A DNA stretch of 64,000 nucleotides from Actinomycetota bacterium (GCA_046726215.1 JBKPAA010000019.1:27379-91378); one strand, 5' to 3'. Counted from the first letter of the stretch, positions 34,344 through 44,427 are shown. A program made the numbers and translations. The notes: a model not told the origin generated them from the letters alone.

Positions 34344-34440
34344 CGAGGCAATACGGTTCGCGCCGCAGCTCCCGAGGCATGGGGGCCCGGGGGCCGGAGC
34401 GTATGGCCTCGAGAGTGCCGGATCGGACCGGATTGCCTCG
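34344..34440 (-). repeat. 97-bp nested-palindrome element, copy 3 (inverted relative to copies 1 and 2)
   Basis: CGAGGCAATACGGT ... ACCGGATTGCCTCG; the reverse complement contains CTCGAGGC and CCGGCCCCCGG at matching offsets. Confidence 0.85.
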
Positions 34441-34529
34441 GGACCTTCCGCACCGAGCGGCGTTCGTTGCGTCCGCCGCACGCCGGCGGACCACGCCATC
34501 CTGGCCCGCCACGGCTACCGTTCCGCCCC

Positions 34530-34847
34530 ATGCCGGAAGTCGCTTACATCGTCAAGCTCACCGCCGCCGACGGCAAGCGCGATGAGGCCATGGCCGCCCT
34601 GGGCCGCCTCGTGGACGCCGCCGAATCCGAGCCGGGGACGCTCCAGTACGCGCTCTGCGTCGACAGCACCGATCCCGCCACGATCTGGTTCACCGAGTTG
34701 TACGCCGACGAGGCCGCGTTCAACGCCCACGTGTCGAGCCCGGCGATGGCCGAGGTGATGGGCTCCTTGGGTGGCCTGCTCGGCGGGCCGGCCGACATGC
34801 GCCGGGTGGAGATCGTCAAGCGCAAGGGCGACGGCGCTCCCGGGTGA
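34530..34847 (+). CDS. Putative quinol monooxygenase (ABM/YgiN family)
   Basis: EPGTLQY, ELYADEAAFNAH motifs. Confidence 0.85.
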   Translation: MPEVAYIVKLTAADGKRDEAMAALGRLVDAAESEPGTLQYALCVDSTDPATIWFTELYADEAAFNAHVSSPAMAEVMGSLGGLLGGPADMRRVEIVKRKGDGAPG

Positions 34848-34881
34848 CTGGTCTGATGCCGTGATCGACGAGTGACCGGCG

Positions 34882-35712
34882 GTGCCGACCTACCTCGATC
34901 GCATCGTCGCCGCCCACCGGGATGCGGTGCGCGCCGACTCCCGGCCGCTCGACGCGCTGATCGACGAGGCCAAGGCCCAACCGCCGGTGCGGGGGTTCGC
35001 CGCCGCCCTCCGCTCGGTCGACGGCATGGGCATCGTCGCCGAGGTCAAGCGGCGATCGCCGTCCAAGGGCGACCTCGATCCGAGGCTCGACCCCGGCGGG
35101 CTCGCGCGGGCATACGAACGGGGCGGGGCCGCCTGCCTATCCGTGCTCACCGACCGGGAGTTCTTCGGCGGATCGCCCGACGACCTGCGTGATGCTCGCC
35201 GGGCCTCCGCTCTTCCGGTCCTGCGCAAGGACTTCACCGTGGCGGCTGCCGATGTGTGCGACGCGCGGATCATGGGAGCCGACGGCCTGCTCCTCATCGT
35301 TGCGGCCCTCGACGACACCGAGCTGCGCGACTTTCACTCCCTGGCGGGCGAGCTGGAGTTGGACGCGCTGGTGGAGGTCCACGACGAGGCCGAGCTCGAA
35401 CGAGCGGTGGCCGCCGGCGCCCGGCTCGTGGGCGTCAATCAGCGCGACCTCGTGACGTTCGAAGTGGACACGACCCGAGCCGTGCGGGTGGGTCGGGCGC
35501 TGTCCGAGCGCGGCGACGACATCGTGCGGGTGGCCGAGTCTGGCATCCGGGGCCCGGACGACGTGGCCGCGCTCGCCGAGGCGGGGTTCGACGCCGTCCT
35601 GGTGGGGGAGTCGCTGGTGACCTCGGGCGACCCCGCCGGGTCGATCCGTGCCCTGCGGACGGGGGCCGCCCCCCGGCTTTCCCGCTTCGGAGCCGCCGGG
35701 CGGGATGGCTAG
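34882..35712 (+). CDS. trpC: Indole-3-glycerol phosphate synthase
   Basis: [37 protein letters not shown] and AESGI motifs. Confidence 0.96.
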   Translation: MPTYLDRIVAAHRDAVRADSRPLDALIDEAKAQPPVRGFAAALRSVDGMGIVAEVKRRSPSKGDLDPRLDPGGLARAYERGGAACLSVLTDREFFGGSPDDLRDARRASALPVLRKDFTVAAADVCDARIMGADGLLLIVAALDDTELRDFHSLAGELELDALVEVHDEAELERAVAAGARLVGVNQRDLVTFEVDTTRAVRVGRALSERGDDIVRVAESGIRGPDDVAALAEAGFDAVLVGESLVTSGDPAGSIRALRTGAAPRLSRFGAAGRDG

Positions 35713-35721
35713 CCTGCCAGC

Positions 35722-36393
35722 GTGTTCGTCAAGATCTGCGGCGTCACGAGCGAGGAAGACGCCCTACTCGCCGTGGCGATGGGGGCCGATGCCGTCGGCT
35801 TCATCTTCGCCCCGTCGCCGCGTCAGATCGCACCGCAGAAGGCGGCGGACATCGCCAAGCGCCTGCCGACCGAGATCGTCACGGTGGGGGTGTTCCGGGA
35901 CGAGACCCGGCAACGGGTGGTCGACACCATCCACCAGACGAGGTTGCGGGCGGCCCAGCTCCACGGGCGGGAGACGTCCGGCGACTCGCACTGGATCCGC
36001 CAGCGCGTGCCGCTGGTGATCAAGGCGTTCGCCGGCGGCGATCCCGAGCTCGACGCGGCCGACGACTACGGGGCCGACGCGATCCTCATCGACTCGGCCA
36101 CACCCGGCTCCGGCGACGTGTTCGACTGGTCGCTGGCCGAGGGGGCCCCCTCCAACCGCCGGGTCATCCTGGCGGGGGGGCTCACCCCGGACAACGTGGC
36201 CGACGCTGTGCGCGTGGCCCGGCCGTGGGGCGTGGACGTGGCCAGTGGGGTCGAGTCCGCGCCCGGCCACAAGGACGCCCGGAAGATGCGGGCCTTCATC
36301 GTCGCCGCCAAGGGCGCGGAGCCGCCGCAGGCCACGGCCCAGGGCGATCGCCTGGATCGTCCCTTCGACTGGATGGTCGACGAGACCCAATGA
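35722..36393 (+). CDS. trpF: Phosphoribosylanthranilate isomerase
   Basis: [31 protein letters not shown] and GVDVASGVE motifs. Confidence 0.95.
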   Translation: MFVKICGVTSEEDALLAVAMGADAVGFIFAPSPRQIAPQKAADIAKRLPTEIVTVGVFRDETRQRVVDTIHQTRLRAAQLHGRETSGDSHWIRQRVPLVIKAFAGGDPELDAADDYGADAILIDSATPGSGDVFDWSLAEGAPSNRRVILAGGLTPDNVADAVRVARPWGVDVASGVESAPGHKDARKMRAFIVAAKGAEPPQATAQGDRLDRPFDWMVDETQ

Positions 36394-37595
36394 CCCCCGT
36401 GGGGACGACGTTGATGGGCGACCCCGGGACCCAGGGGCGGTTCGGCGACTTCGGCGGGCTCTACGTGCCCGAGACCCTGGTCCCCGCCTGCCAGGAGCTC
36501 GAGCGGGCCTTCCGCGACGCGTGGGCGGACCCGGGCTTCCGAGGCGAGCTCGACCGCCTGCTGCGCGACTACGCCGGCCGGCCGTCCCTGCTCACCGACT
36601 GCGGCAACCTGTCGGCGGAGCTCGGCGTGCGGGTGCTCCTCAAGCGCGAGGACCTCAACCACACGGGCTCCCACAAGATCAACAACGTCCTCGGCCAGGC
36701 GCTGCTGGCCACGCGCATGGGCAAGACCCGGTTGGTGGCCGAGACCGGGGCCGGACAGCACGGCGTGGCGACCGCCACCGCCGCCGCACTGTTCGGGCTC
36801 GAGTGCACCGTCTACATGGGCGACGTCGACATGGAGCGCCAGGCGCTCAACGTCTTCCGGATGCGGCTGCTGGGGGCCGACGTGCGACCGGCGTCGTCGG
36901 GCAGCCGCACCCTGAAGGACGCCATCAACGAGGCCCTGCGCGACTGGGTGGCAAGTGTCGAGTCGACGCACTACTGCATCGGCTCGGCCATGGGCCCTCA
37001 CCCCTACCCATTCCTGGTCCGTGAGCTGCAGCGGGTGATCGGCGACGAGGCCCGCGACCAGTGCCGGGCCCTGCTGGGGCGGGACCCCGACGTGGTGGTG
37101 GCCTGCGTGGGTGGCGGGTCCAACGCCATCGGCATCTTCTCGGCGTTCGTGGACCTCCCCGGCGTGGAGCTGGTGGGCGCCGAGCCGGCCGGTGGCGCCG
37201 CCGTGGCCAGGGGCGTCCCCGGCGTCGTCCACGGCTCCAAGTCACTGCTCCTACAGGACGAGGAGGGCCAGGTGCTGGAGGCCCAGTCGGTGTCCGCGGG
37301 CCTCGATTACCCGGGGGTCGGGCCCGAGCACGCCTACCTGGCCACCATCGCCCGGGCCCGCTACATCCCGGTGACCGACGCCGAGGTGCTCGACGCCTTC
37401 GCCCTGCTGGCGCGCACCGAGGGCATCATCCCCGCGCTCGAGTCGGCCCACGCGCTGGCCTGGATCGGCCGGGAGCGGGAAAGGCTGACGGGCAAGGTCG
37501 TGCTGGTCAACATGTCCGGCCGCGGGGACAAGGACGTCGAGCAGGTCGCCCGGCTCATGGGCGAAGCCGGCGGGCACGCGGGGTACGGCGGATGA
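36390..37595 (+). CDS. trpB: Tryptophan synthase beta chain
   Basis: [36 protein letters not shown] and SGRGDKD motifs. Confidence 0.97.
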   Translation: MTPVGTTLMGDPGTQGRFGDFGGLYVPETLVPACQELERAFRDAWADPGFRGELDRLLRDYAGRPSLLTDCGNLSAELGVRVLLKREDLNHTGSHKINNVLGQALLATRMGKTRLVAETGAGQHGVATATAAALFGLECTVYMGDVDMERQALNVFRMRLLGADVRPASSGSRTLKDAINEALRDWVASVESTHYCIGSAMGPHPYPFLVRELQRVIGDEARDQCRALLGRDPDVVVACVGGGSNAIGIFSAFVDLPGVELVGAEPAGGAAVARGVPGVVHGSKSLLLQDEEGQVLEAQSVSAGLDYPGVGPEHAYLATIARARYIPVTDAEVLDAFALLARTEGIIPALESAHALAWIGRERERLTGKVVLVNMSGRGDKDVEQVARLMGEAGGHAGYGG

Positions 37596-38392
37596 CGACC
37601 GACGTGTCGGTGGGCGGCGCCCTCGAGGCGCGGCTGCGGGCGGCCCGCGGCGCGGGGCGCAACCTCCTGGTCCCCTACGTGACGGGCGGTCTGCCGGGAT
37701 GGGAACGCGTCGTCGAGGCCGTCGCCGACGCCGGAGCCGACGCGATCGAGGTGGGCATCCCCTTCTCCGATCCCGTCATGGACGGGCCCACCATCCAGGC
37801 CGCCTCCGAGCGGGCACTGGCGGCCGGTGCCACGCCCCAGGCCATCGTCGACGCCCTTGGGCGGCTCGACGCCGGCGGGGTCCCATCGGTGGTGATGACC
37901 TACTACAACACGGTGCACCGGGCCGGCCACGAGCGGTTCGCCTCGTCGCTGGCGGTCGCCGGGGTGGCTGGTGCCATCGTGCCCGACCTGCCGCTCGAAG
38001 AGGTGGGGGACTGGGCGGCGGTGGCCGACACCACCGGGGTGGAGACGATCCTCCTGGCGGCGCCCACCGCCAGCGACGAGCGCCTGGCGCGGATCTGCGC
38101 GCGGAGCCGCGGCTGGGTTTACGGCGTCGGCCTGCTGGGCGTCACCGGCGAGCGCGAGCGCCTTCAGCGCAGCGCGCTCGACATCGCGGCACGGCTCAAG
38201 GCCGTGACCGACAGGCCGGTGCTGGTCGGTGTGGGGGTGTCCAACCCCGAGCAGGCCGCCGAGGTGGCGGCGGTGGCCGATGGGGTGATCGTCGGGTCGG
38301 CGCTGGTGCGGCGGCTGCTCGACGGTGGAGGCCCAGATGAGGCCGCGGCGTTCGTCCGAGAGCTGCGCACCGGTCTGGACGACGTCGCGTGA
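37592..38392 (+). CDS. trpA: Tryptophan synthase alpha chain
   Basis: [30 protein letters not shown] and GVIVGSA motifs. Confidence 0.96.
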   Translation: MTTDVSVGGALEARLRAARGAGRNLLVPYVTGGLPGWERVVEAVADAGADAIEVGIPFSDPVMDGPTIQAASERALAAGATPQAIVDALGRLDAGGVPSVVMTYYNTVHRAGHERFASSLAVAGVAGAIVPDLPLEEVGDWAAVADTTGVETILLAAPTASDERLARICARSRGWVYGVGLLGVTGERERLQRSALDIAARLKAVTDRPVLVGVGVSNPEQAAEVAAVADGVIVGSALVRRLLDGGGPDEAAAFVRELRTGLDDVA

Positions 38393-39960
38393 GTGAACAC
38401 CCGCCGCCCCCGGCGGGACCGCCGCCGCCACCGGCGGGACCGCCGCCGCCACCCCCGCCCCCGGCCGTTCCGCCGACACCGCCCCCCGCCACCCCTCTGC
38501 CGCCGCCACCCTGGGGCATTCCGCCACTGCCGCCGCAGCGGCGGCGTGGGCGCCGAGTGCGGGCCCTGAGGACCCTCGCCGTCCTCGCTTGTCTCGGCGC
38601 GGCCGGCGGAGCGATCTACCTCGTCACCGACGATGGGTCGCCGTCGCATCCGGACCGCTGGGACCGGCGGTTGGTCGACCTGGTCGCGTTCGTCGAGGAC
38701 GAGCGGGGCCTGCGCTTCGACCATCCGGTGGCGGTGGACTTCCTCACCGCCGACCAGTACTCCGAGCGAACCCGCGTCGCGGAGTCAGACATCACCCACG
38801 AGGAGCGACGGCTCATCGACGAGGGGACCGCACCGCTGCGGGCGCTCGGGCTGCTGCCGGCCGACTTCGACGCGGTGGAGTCGGAGAACGACCTCTCCGA
38901 CACCGCCACGCTCGCCTATTACGACCCGCGCACGGAACGCATCGCCGTGCGAGGCACCGACATGAGTGTCGACCTGCGCGTCACGCTTGCGCACGAGCTC
39001 GTCCACGTGCTCCAGGACCAGCACTTCGATCTCGAGGAGATGCTCGAGGATGGCGACCCCAGCGGCGATCGGCTGTCGGCGTACCTGGCCCTGATCGAGG
39101 GCGACGCCATCCGGATCGAGCAGGCATACGTCCGGTCGCTGACGGCCGAGGAGCGCGACAGCTACTTCGAGGCCAGCGACCGGGCGTCCGGCGTGGTGCA
39201 GGAACAGCTGGACGCCATGCCGGGTGTCATGGTCGCCATGGAGGCCGCCCCCTACGCCCTGGGGCCGTCGCTCGTCGAGCTGATCGCCGCCGACGGCGGC
39301 AACGACGCCGTCGACGAGGCCTTCGGCGACCCTCCGACCACGACCGAGCACATGGTCGATCCCCGGTCGTACTTCGCCGGCGACCCGGCGAGTGACGTGA
39401 CGGCGCCGGTCGTGCCGGACGGCGGTGATCAGCTCGGCGAGACCGACAGCCTCGGGGCGCTCCCCGTCTTCCTCGTGCTCAGCGAGCGCATCGATCCCCT
39501 CACCGCGCTCTCCGCCGCCGACGGGTGGGCCGGCGACGCCTTCGTCGTCTACGACCGGCGGGGGACGACGTGCATGGACTTGGCGGTCCAGGGTGACTCC
39601 GCTCGGGACGGGGAGCAACTGCTCGAGGCGTTCGGGTCGTGGGCGACGGCCGGCCCACCGGGCACCGCCCGGGTACGCGCCGACGGCGACCTGGCGCTCG
39701 TCTCCGCCTGTGACCCAGGGGGCCGGGTCGAACCGACCGCGGCGGCGCTCGACGCCCTGACGCTGCCGGCGGTGCGAACGCAGATCATCGTGGCCGCCGG
39801 CGCCTCCGGCGTCGACCCGGGCGAGGCGTTCGGCGTCGCCGACTGCTTCGTGCGGGCCGTGCCCCTCGACCAACTGGTCGAGGCCAACGAGTCGCCCGAA
39901 CCCCCTGAGGAGGTCATGACCGCCATCGACCGCGCGGTGGCGAGCTGCGGCCTGGCCTGA
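38389..39960 (+). CDS. Membrane-anchored zincin-like metallopeptidase with a Pro-rich N-terminus
   Basis: Poly-Pro leader, TM helix, AYYDP, HELVH..QDQ.F and EGDA third-ligand motif. Confidence 0.8.
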   Translation: MSEHPPPPAGPPPPPAGPPPPPPPPAVPPTPPPATPLPPPPWGIPPLPPQRRRGRRVRALRTLAVLACLGAAGGAIYLVTDDGSPSHPDRWDRRLVDLVAFVEDERGLRFDHPVAVDFLTADQYSERTRVAESDITHEERRLIDEGTAPLRALGLLPADFDAVESENDLSDTATLAYYDPRTERIAVRGTDMSVDLRVTLAHELVHVLQDQHFDLEEMLEDGDPSGDRLSAYLALIEGDAIRIEQAYVRSLTAEERDSYFEASDRASGVVQEQLDAMPGVMVAMEAAPYALGPSLVELIAADGGNDAVDEAFGDPPTTTEHMVDPRSYFAGDPASDVTAPVVPDGGDQLGETDSLGALPVFLVLSERIDPLTALSAADGWAGDAFVVYDRRGTTCMDLAVQGDSARDGEQLLEAFGSWATAGPPGTARVRADGDLALVSACDPGGRVEPTAAALDALTLPAVRTQIIVAAGASGVDPGEAFGVADCFVRAVPLDQLVEANESPEPPEEVMTAIDRAVASCGLA

Positions 39961-39961
39961 A

Positions 39962-40612
39962 TCAGCGGTCGAGGTGGGAGTGGAAGAACTCCAGCGTGCG
40001 GTCCCAGGCCAGCTCGGCGGCCGCCTCGTCGTAGGCCGGCTGGTCCGATTCGAAGAACCAGTGGCCGGTCCCCGGGTAACGGTGGAACGTGACGTCCTTG
40101 TCCAGGACCTCCAGCTCCGACTCCAGCAGCGTGAGCTCGTCGTCGCCGACCCAGGGGTCGGTCTCGGCGAAGTGCCCCAGGAACGCCGAGCGCGCCGGCG
40201 CCATGTCGATGTTCTGTGATCCGTAGAAGACGGCGGTCGCCCCGACCAGGTCGGGCATGCGCCCGGCCAGGTACAACGCCCACGATGCCCCCATCGAGAA
40301 CCCGAGCAGCCCGACCGGCGCGTCGGGCGTGGCCGGCATGTCCCGGAGGGTGACGATGCTGGACCCCACGAGGCGCCGGGTGGCATCCATGTCGGCGCTG
40401 GCGAGGAGCGCCTTGGCCTCGTCGGGATCCCGTGTGGTCTTGCCGCCGTAGAGGTCCGGAGCGAGGGCCACGAACCCGTTGTCGGCCAACCGGTCGCAGA
40501 GGCCCTTGAAGAACGGAGTGAGCCCCCACCAGGCGTGGAGCACGAGTATGCCGGGCCCGGATCCCCCCTCGGGGACGATCACGTAGCCCGTGCCGACCGA
40601 TCGCGAAGCCAC
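39962..40612 (-). CDS. Dienelactone hydrolase family protein
   Basis: LHAWWGL, APDLY, GFSMG and YPGTGHWF motifs. Confidence 0.9.
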   Translation of the reverse strand: MASRSVGTGYVIVPEGGSGPGILVLHAWWGLTPFFKGLCDRLADNGFVALAPDLYGGKTTRDPDEAKALLASADMDATRRLVGSSIVTLRDMPATPDAPVGLLGFSMGASWALYLAGRMPDLVGATAVFYGSQNIDMAPARSAFLGHFAETDPWVGDDELTLLESELEVLDKDVTFHRYPGTGHWFFESDQPAYDEAAAELAWDRTLEFFHSHLDR

Positions 40613-40729
40613 TCGTTCCGACGGTAGCGAGGCGGGCGGGCCGCCCCAACCGGCTCCGCCGTGAGGTGAGGAGACCTTGGGGCGGCCGCCGTGAGGTGCC
40701 GTCTCGCAGCCCCTGTACGCTCGACCGCC

Positions 40730-41062
40730 GTGCCCCCCGGCGAGCGACACGATGGCTGCGTGCTCTGCGCGGCTGAACGGATCACCCCGTGGTACCACGA
40801 GGACGAGGTGTGCTGGATCGCCGACTGCGAGATCTGCGCCACGCCCATGGTGGTCTGGCGCTGGCATGGGGTCGACCCGTCCACCGCCGACCTGCAGCAC
40901 ATGCTCGGGCGGCTGGCGGCCGTGGCGCACGGGGGGTTCGACGGTCACTACGTCGACGACAACATGCGCAACATCCCCGACCACTTCCACGCCCATGCCC
41001 GACCGCAGGGCGGCTTCTTCGGCCACGGCTTTCGCCGCGACCGGACCGGGGAAGCGTCGTGA
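40730..41062 (+). CDS. HIT-like zinc-binding small protein
   Basis: CVLC, CEIC, HFHAHARP histidine triad; leaderless-type GTG after TACGCT. Confidence 0.72.
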   Translation: MPPGERHDGCVLCAAERITPWYHEDEVCWIADCEICATPMVVWRWHGVDPSTADLQHMLGRLAAVAHGGFDGHYVDDNMRNIPDHFHAHARPQGGFFGHGFRRDRTGEAS

Positions 41063-41472
41063 GCGAGGTCGAGGCCGGGGGCCAGGCCTCGGCCGTGAAC
41101 GTCTACGAGGCGCTGGGCGGGCAGCCGTTCTTCGACGACCTCGTCGAGCGGTTCTACCGACGGGTGGCGATGGATCCGCTCCTGCGGCCGCTCTATCCCG
41201 ACGACCTGGGCGGGCCCCAGCGAAACCTGGCCCTGTTCCTGGGCCAGTACTGGGGTGGTCCAACCACCTACTCCGAGGAGCGGGGGCACCCGCGGCTGCG
41301 CATGCGCCACGCGCCCTTCGTCATCGGCGAACCCGAGCGCGACGCCTGGCTGCGCCACATGGGCGCCTCCCTCGACAGCCTGGTGATCGAGCGGGGCGTC
41401 CACCCCGTGGTCGAGGCCCGACTGTTCGACTACTTCGCCATGACCGCCGACGGGATGGTCAACGCGCGCTGA
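41059..41472 (+). CDS. glbO: Group II truncated hemoglobin
   Basis: YEALGG, FY, QYWGGP..YS..RGHPRLRMRH.PF and W motifs. Confidence 0.93.
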   Translation: MSEVEAGGQASAVNVYEALGGQPFFDDLVERFYRRVAMDPLLRPLYPDDLGGPQRNLALFLGQYWGGPTTYSEERGHPRLRMRHAPFVIGEPERDAWLRHMGASLDSLVIERGVHPVVEARLFDYFAMTADGMVNAR

Positions 41473-41517
41473 CGGGCCCGCCGCCCGCCGGCATCCCGCC
41501 GTCGATTCGACGTCGCC

Positions 41518-41568
41518 GACCGGTCAGTGGCCGCGACGCCTGATCAACGCCGTGGCCACTGACCGGTC
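41518..41568. terminator. Perfect 15-bp inverted repeat between convergent genes (REP-like or terminator)
   Basis: GACCGGTCAGTGGCC ... GGCCACTGACCGGTC. Confidence 0.65.
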
Positions 41569-41615
41569 TTTGGGCACGACACCCGTTTCGATGCCGTGGC
41601 CTCGTGAGCGTGTCG

Positions 41616-41846
41616 TCAGGTCGCCCGCTGTGCTGGCCGGGTGACCGGCAGATCCCAGTCGACCGGGCGGCGCCGCCACCGCAGGCTCGGTCGCCGGATC
41701 GACAACCGGAACGATGACACCTTGCTGGCGCGCTCCCGCCGGGCCCGCATCCGAGCCGGCCGCGTCAGCCGGTGGTTCTCGGCTTCGGCCACCAGCGCCT
41801 CGCGGCGCTCACGGCCCATGACCTCGATCGCTCCGAACTGCATCAT
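41616..41846 (-). CDS. Small basic hypothetical protein (76 aa)
   Basis: Strong SD AAAGGAGG upstream of ATG ATG; RERREALVAEAE..R motif typical of small actinobacterial proteins. Confidence 0.65.
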   Translation of the reverse strand: MMQFGAIEVMGRERREALVAEAENHRLTRPARMRARRERASKVSSFRLSIRRPSLRWRRRPVDWDLPVTRPAQRAT

Positions 41847-42056
41847 CGGTCCGCCTCCTTTGCTGCTCGACTCACCGGACCCTTCATGCCGCTCGATCAT
41901 CCGCAATTCCCCGGCGGCGTTTACCGTCAGCTGACACGAAAGCGGTGTGTCATGCGCCGCACGCCCATGACCGCCGGCCCGCCATCGAGCGGCTTCGTAG
42001 GCTCTCGTCCGACCGCCGGCATCGGCGGCCAGCGCGGCACGGCGAGGGAGTCGGAA

Positions 42057-44345
42057 GTGGATCCAGGCGAGTTCAAGGGCAGGATCGGCCGCTACCACTG
42101 GGAGTCCGAGCCGTGGTGGCCGCCCGAGCCCGTGCCCCGGCCCGGCGCCCCCAACGTGCTGGTCGTGCTGCTCGACGACGTGGGATTCGCCCAGCTGGGC
42201 TGCTTCGGGTCGGACATCGCCACGCCCAGCTTCGATCGCCTGGCGGCCGAGGGGCTGCGCTACGCCAACTTCCACACCACGGCGCTGTGCAGCCCGACGC
42301 GTGCCTGCGTGCTCACCGGGCGCAATCACCACACCTGCGGGATGGGTCGGATCATCGAGCTCGCCAGCGGATTCCCGGGCTACGACGTCCGCATCCCCCG
42401 CTCGTGCGGGTTGCTCCCGGAGATGCTCACGCCCCACGGCTACGCCGCCTACGCCGTCGGCAAGTGGCACCTCACGCCCGAGGAGGAGGCCCACCTGGGC
42501 GCCCGCCGCGATCGCTGGCCGCTGGGACGGGGCTTCCAGCGCTTCTATGGGTTCTTCGAGGGCGAGACGCACCAGTTCGTGCCCGCGCTGGTGCACGACA
42601 GCCACTTCGTCGAGCCGCCCCGCAGCTACGAGGACGGCTACCACCTCACCGAGGACCTCGTGGACCGGGCCATCGAGTACCTGGAGGACCTGCGCCACGT
42701 CGACGTGGACAAGCCCTGGCTGCTCTATCTCGCCACCGGCGCCTGCCATTCACCCCACCAGGCGCCCGCGGAGTGGATCGCTCGCTACCGCGGCCGGTTC
42801 GATGCGGGTTGGGACCGGTGGCGGGAGGAGACCCTGCCACGCCAGATCGCCAGCGGGCTCCTGCCCACCCTTACCGCGCTTTCGCCGCGGCCGGACTGGG
42901 TGCCCGCCTGGGATGACCTCTCGCCGGAGGAGCGCCGCGTCTATGCCCGGTACATGGAGGCGTTTGCCGGGATGTTGTCCCACACCGATGCCCAGGTCGG
43001 GCGCCTGGTCGACTGGCTCGAGCGATGCGGCGAGCTGGAGCGCACCCTGGTGCTGGTCCTGTCGGACAACGGGGCGTCGTCCGAGGGAGGCCCGGTGGGA
43101 TCGCTGAACGACGCTCGGGCGTGGAACGTGGTGCCCCGCACGGTGGAGGAGGCGGCGGAACGCCTGGACGAGATCGGCGGCCCCCGCATCCACAACAACT
43201 ACCCGTGGGGATGGACGGTGGCCGGCAACACCCCCTTCCGGCGCTGGAAGCGCGAGACGCACGAAGGGGGCGTCGCCGATCCGCTCATCGTCTGCTGGCC
43301 CGGGGGCATCGGCGCCCGGGGGGAGGTGCGCAGCCAGTACGTGCATGCGATCGACCTCGTCCCCACGATCCTCGAGGTCGTCGGGATCGATCCCCCGGCG
43401 GCGCTGGGCGGCGTGGAACAACGGCCGATCGAGGGGATCAGCTTCGCCTACTCGTTCGCCGACGCCGCGGCCCCCGAGCGGCACGCGACCCAGTACTACG
43501 AGATGTTCGGCTGCCGCGCGCTCTACCACGAGGGCTGGAAGGCGGTGGCCTATCACCCGATCCAGTCCGACAACCCGGGCCTCGACCGGGCCGCCTGGGA
43601 GCTGTACGACCTGCGGGTGGACCCGTCCGAGTGTCACGACCTCGCCGCCGAGCAGCCGGACCGCCTCGAGGCGCTCATCGAGCGGTGGTGGATCGAGGCG
43701 GCCCGCCACCAGGTCCTGCCGCTCGACAACCGACCGTTCTCGGACCTCGTGATGGGCCGGCCGCCGGCGGTGCCGCCCCGGCGGCGCTACGTGTATCGAC
43801 CCGGCCGCGCCCCGGTTCCGGAGACCGTGGCCGTGAACGTGAAGAACAGGCCCCACACGATCAGCGCGCACGTCGAGGTCGACGGGCGGGGGCCGGTCGC
43901 GGGCGTGCTGGCGGTGCAGGGCTCGGTGCTCGGCGGCTGGTCGTTCCACCTCCTGGCCGACGGGCGCCTGTGCTACGTCCACAACCTGGCGGGCTGGCGT
44001 GCCTACCGCGTCGAGGGTGCCGTCGGCGAGCGGCTCGGGCCGGGTGCCCATGTGCTGTCGTTCCGGTTCCTCCCGGGCACGGACGGCGCCACCCACCGGG
44101 GGTCGTTGCTCGTGGACGGCGAGGAGGTCGCAGCCGGCCCGATCGACCGGGCGACCTGGGCCCGGTTCTCGCTCACCGGTGCCGGGCTCACGGTCGGGTG
44201 GGCCAGGGACTTCTCCCCGGCCGACGGCGACTACCGGGGCCCGTTCCGCTTCACCGGCACGCTCTACCGTGTCGAGATCGACGTCGAGGGCGAGGGATTC
44301 ATCGACGCCGAGGCCGAGGCGGCCGACGCCCTCAGGGCCCAGTGA
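42057..44345 (+). CDS. Arylsulfatase (Cys-type) with a C-terminal LamG-like domain
   Basis: LDDVG, CSPTRA formylglycine motif, GKWHL, SDNG and EGGV motifs; SD GGGAG. Confidence 0.93.
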   Translation: MDPGEFKGRIGRYHWESEPWWPPEPVPRPGAPNVLVVLLDDVGFAQLGCFGSDIATPSFDRLAAEGLRYANFHTTALCSPTRACVLTGRNHHTCGMGRIIELASGFPGYDVRIPRSCGLLPEMLTPHGYAAYAVGKWHLTPEEEAHLGARRDRWPLGRGFQRFYGFFEGETHQFVPALVHDSHFVEPPRSYEDGYHLTEDLVDRAIEYLEDLRHVDVDKPWLLYLATGACHSPHQAPAEWIARYRGRFDAGWDRWREETLPRQIASGLLPTLTALSPRPDWVPAWDDLSPEERRVYARYMEAFAGMLSHTDAQVGRLVDWLERCGELERTLVLVLSDNGASSEGGPVGSLNDARAWNVVPRTVEEAAERLDEIGGPRIHNNYPWGWTVAGNTPFRRWKRETHEGGVADPLIVCWPGGIGARGEVRSQYVHAIDLVPTILEVVGIDPPAALGGVEQRPIEGISFAYSFADAAAPERHATQYYEMFGCRALYHEGWKAVAYHPIQSDNPGLDRAAWELYDLRVDPSECHDLAAEQPDRLEALIERWWIEAARHQVLPLDNRPFSDLVMGRPPAVPPRRRYVYRPGRAPVPETVAVNVKNRPHTISAHVEVDGRGPVAGVLAVQGSVLGGWSFHLLADGRLCYVHNLAGWRAYRVEGAVGERLGPGAHVLSFRFLPGTDGATHRGSLLVDGEEVAAGPIDRATWARFSLTGAGLTVGWARDFSPADGDYRGPFRFTGTLYRVEIDVEGEGFIDAEAEAADALRAQ

Positions 44346-44384
44346 GCCGCCCGCGCCCGCGACGGCGTGCGCCCGCCAACCGTT

Positions 44385-44427
44385 CCGGCGCCGATCTCTC
44401 GCGAGTACCGCAAGGAAACGGCGCCGG
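44385..44427. repeat. REP-like palindrome family B, copy 1
   Basis: CCGGCGCCGATCTCTCGCGAGTACCGCAAGGAAACGGCGCCGG; related copy at 58070-58111. Confidence 0.75.

Noticed and set aside
37170..37215. TrpB appears to lack part of the loop after GAEPAG
   Set aside because: In frame with all catalytic motifs intact; most likely a lineage-level short variant, and not testable by eye
40656..40698. GCCGTGAGG hairpins as group II intron domain V
   Set aside because: No AGC/CGC triad stem with the correct bulge, no domain VI and no maturase
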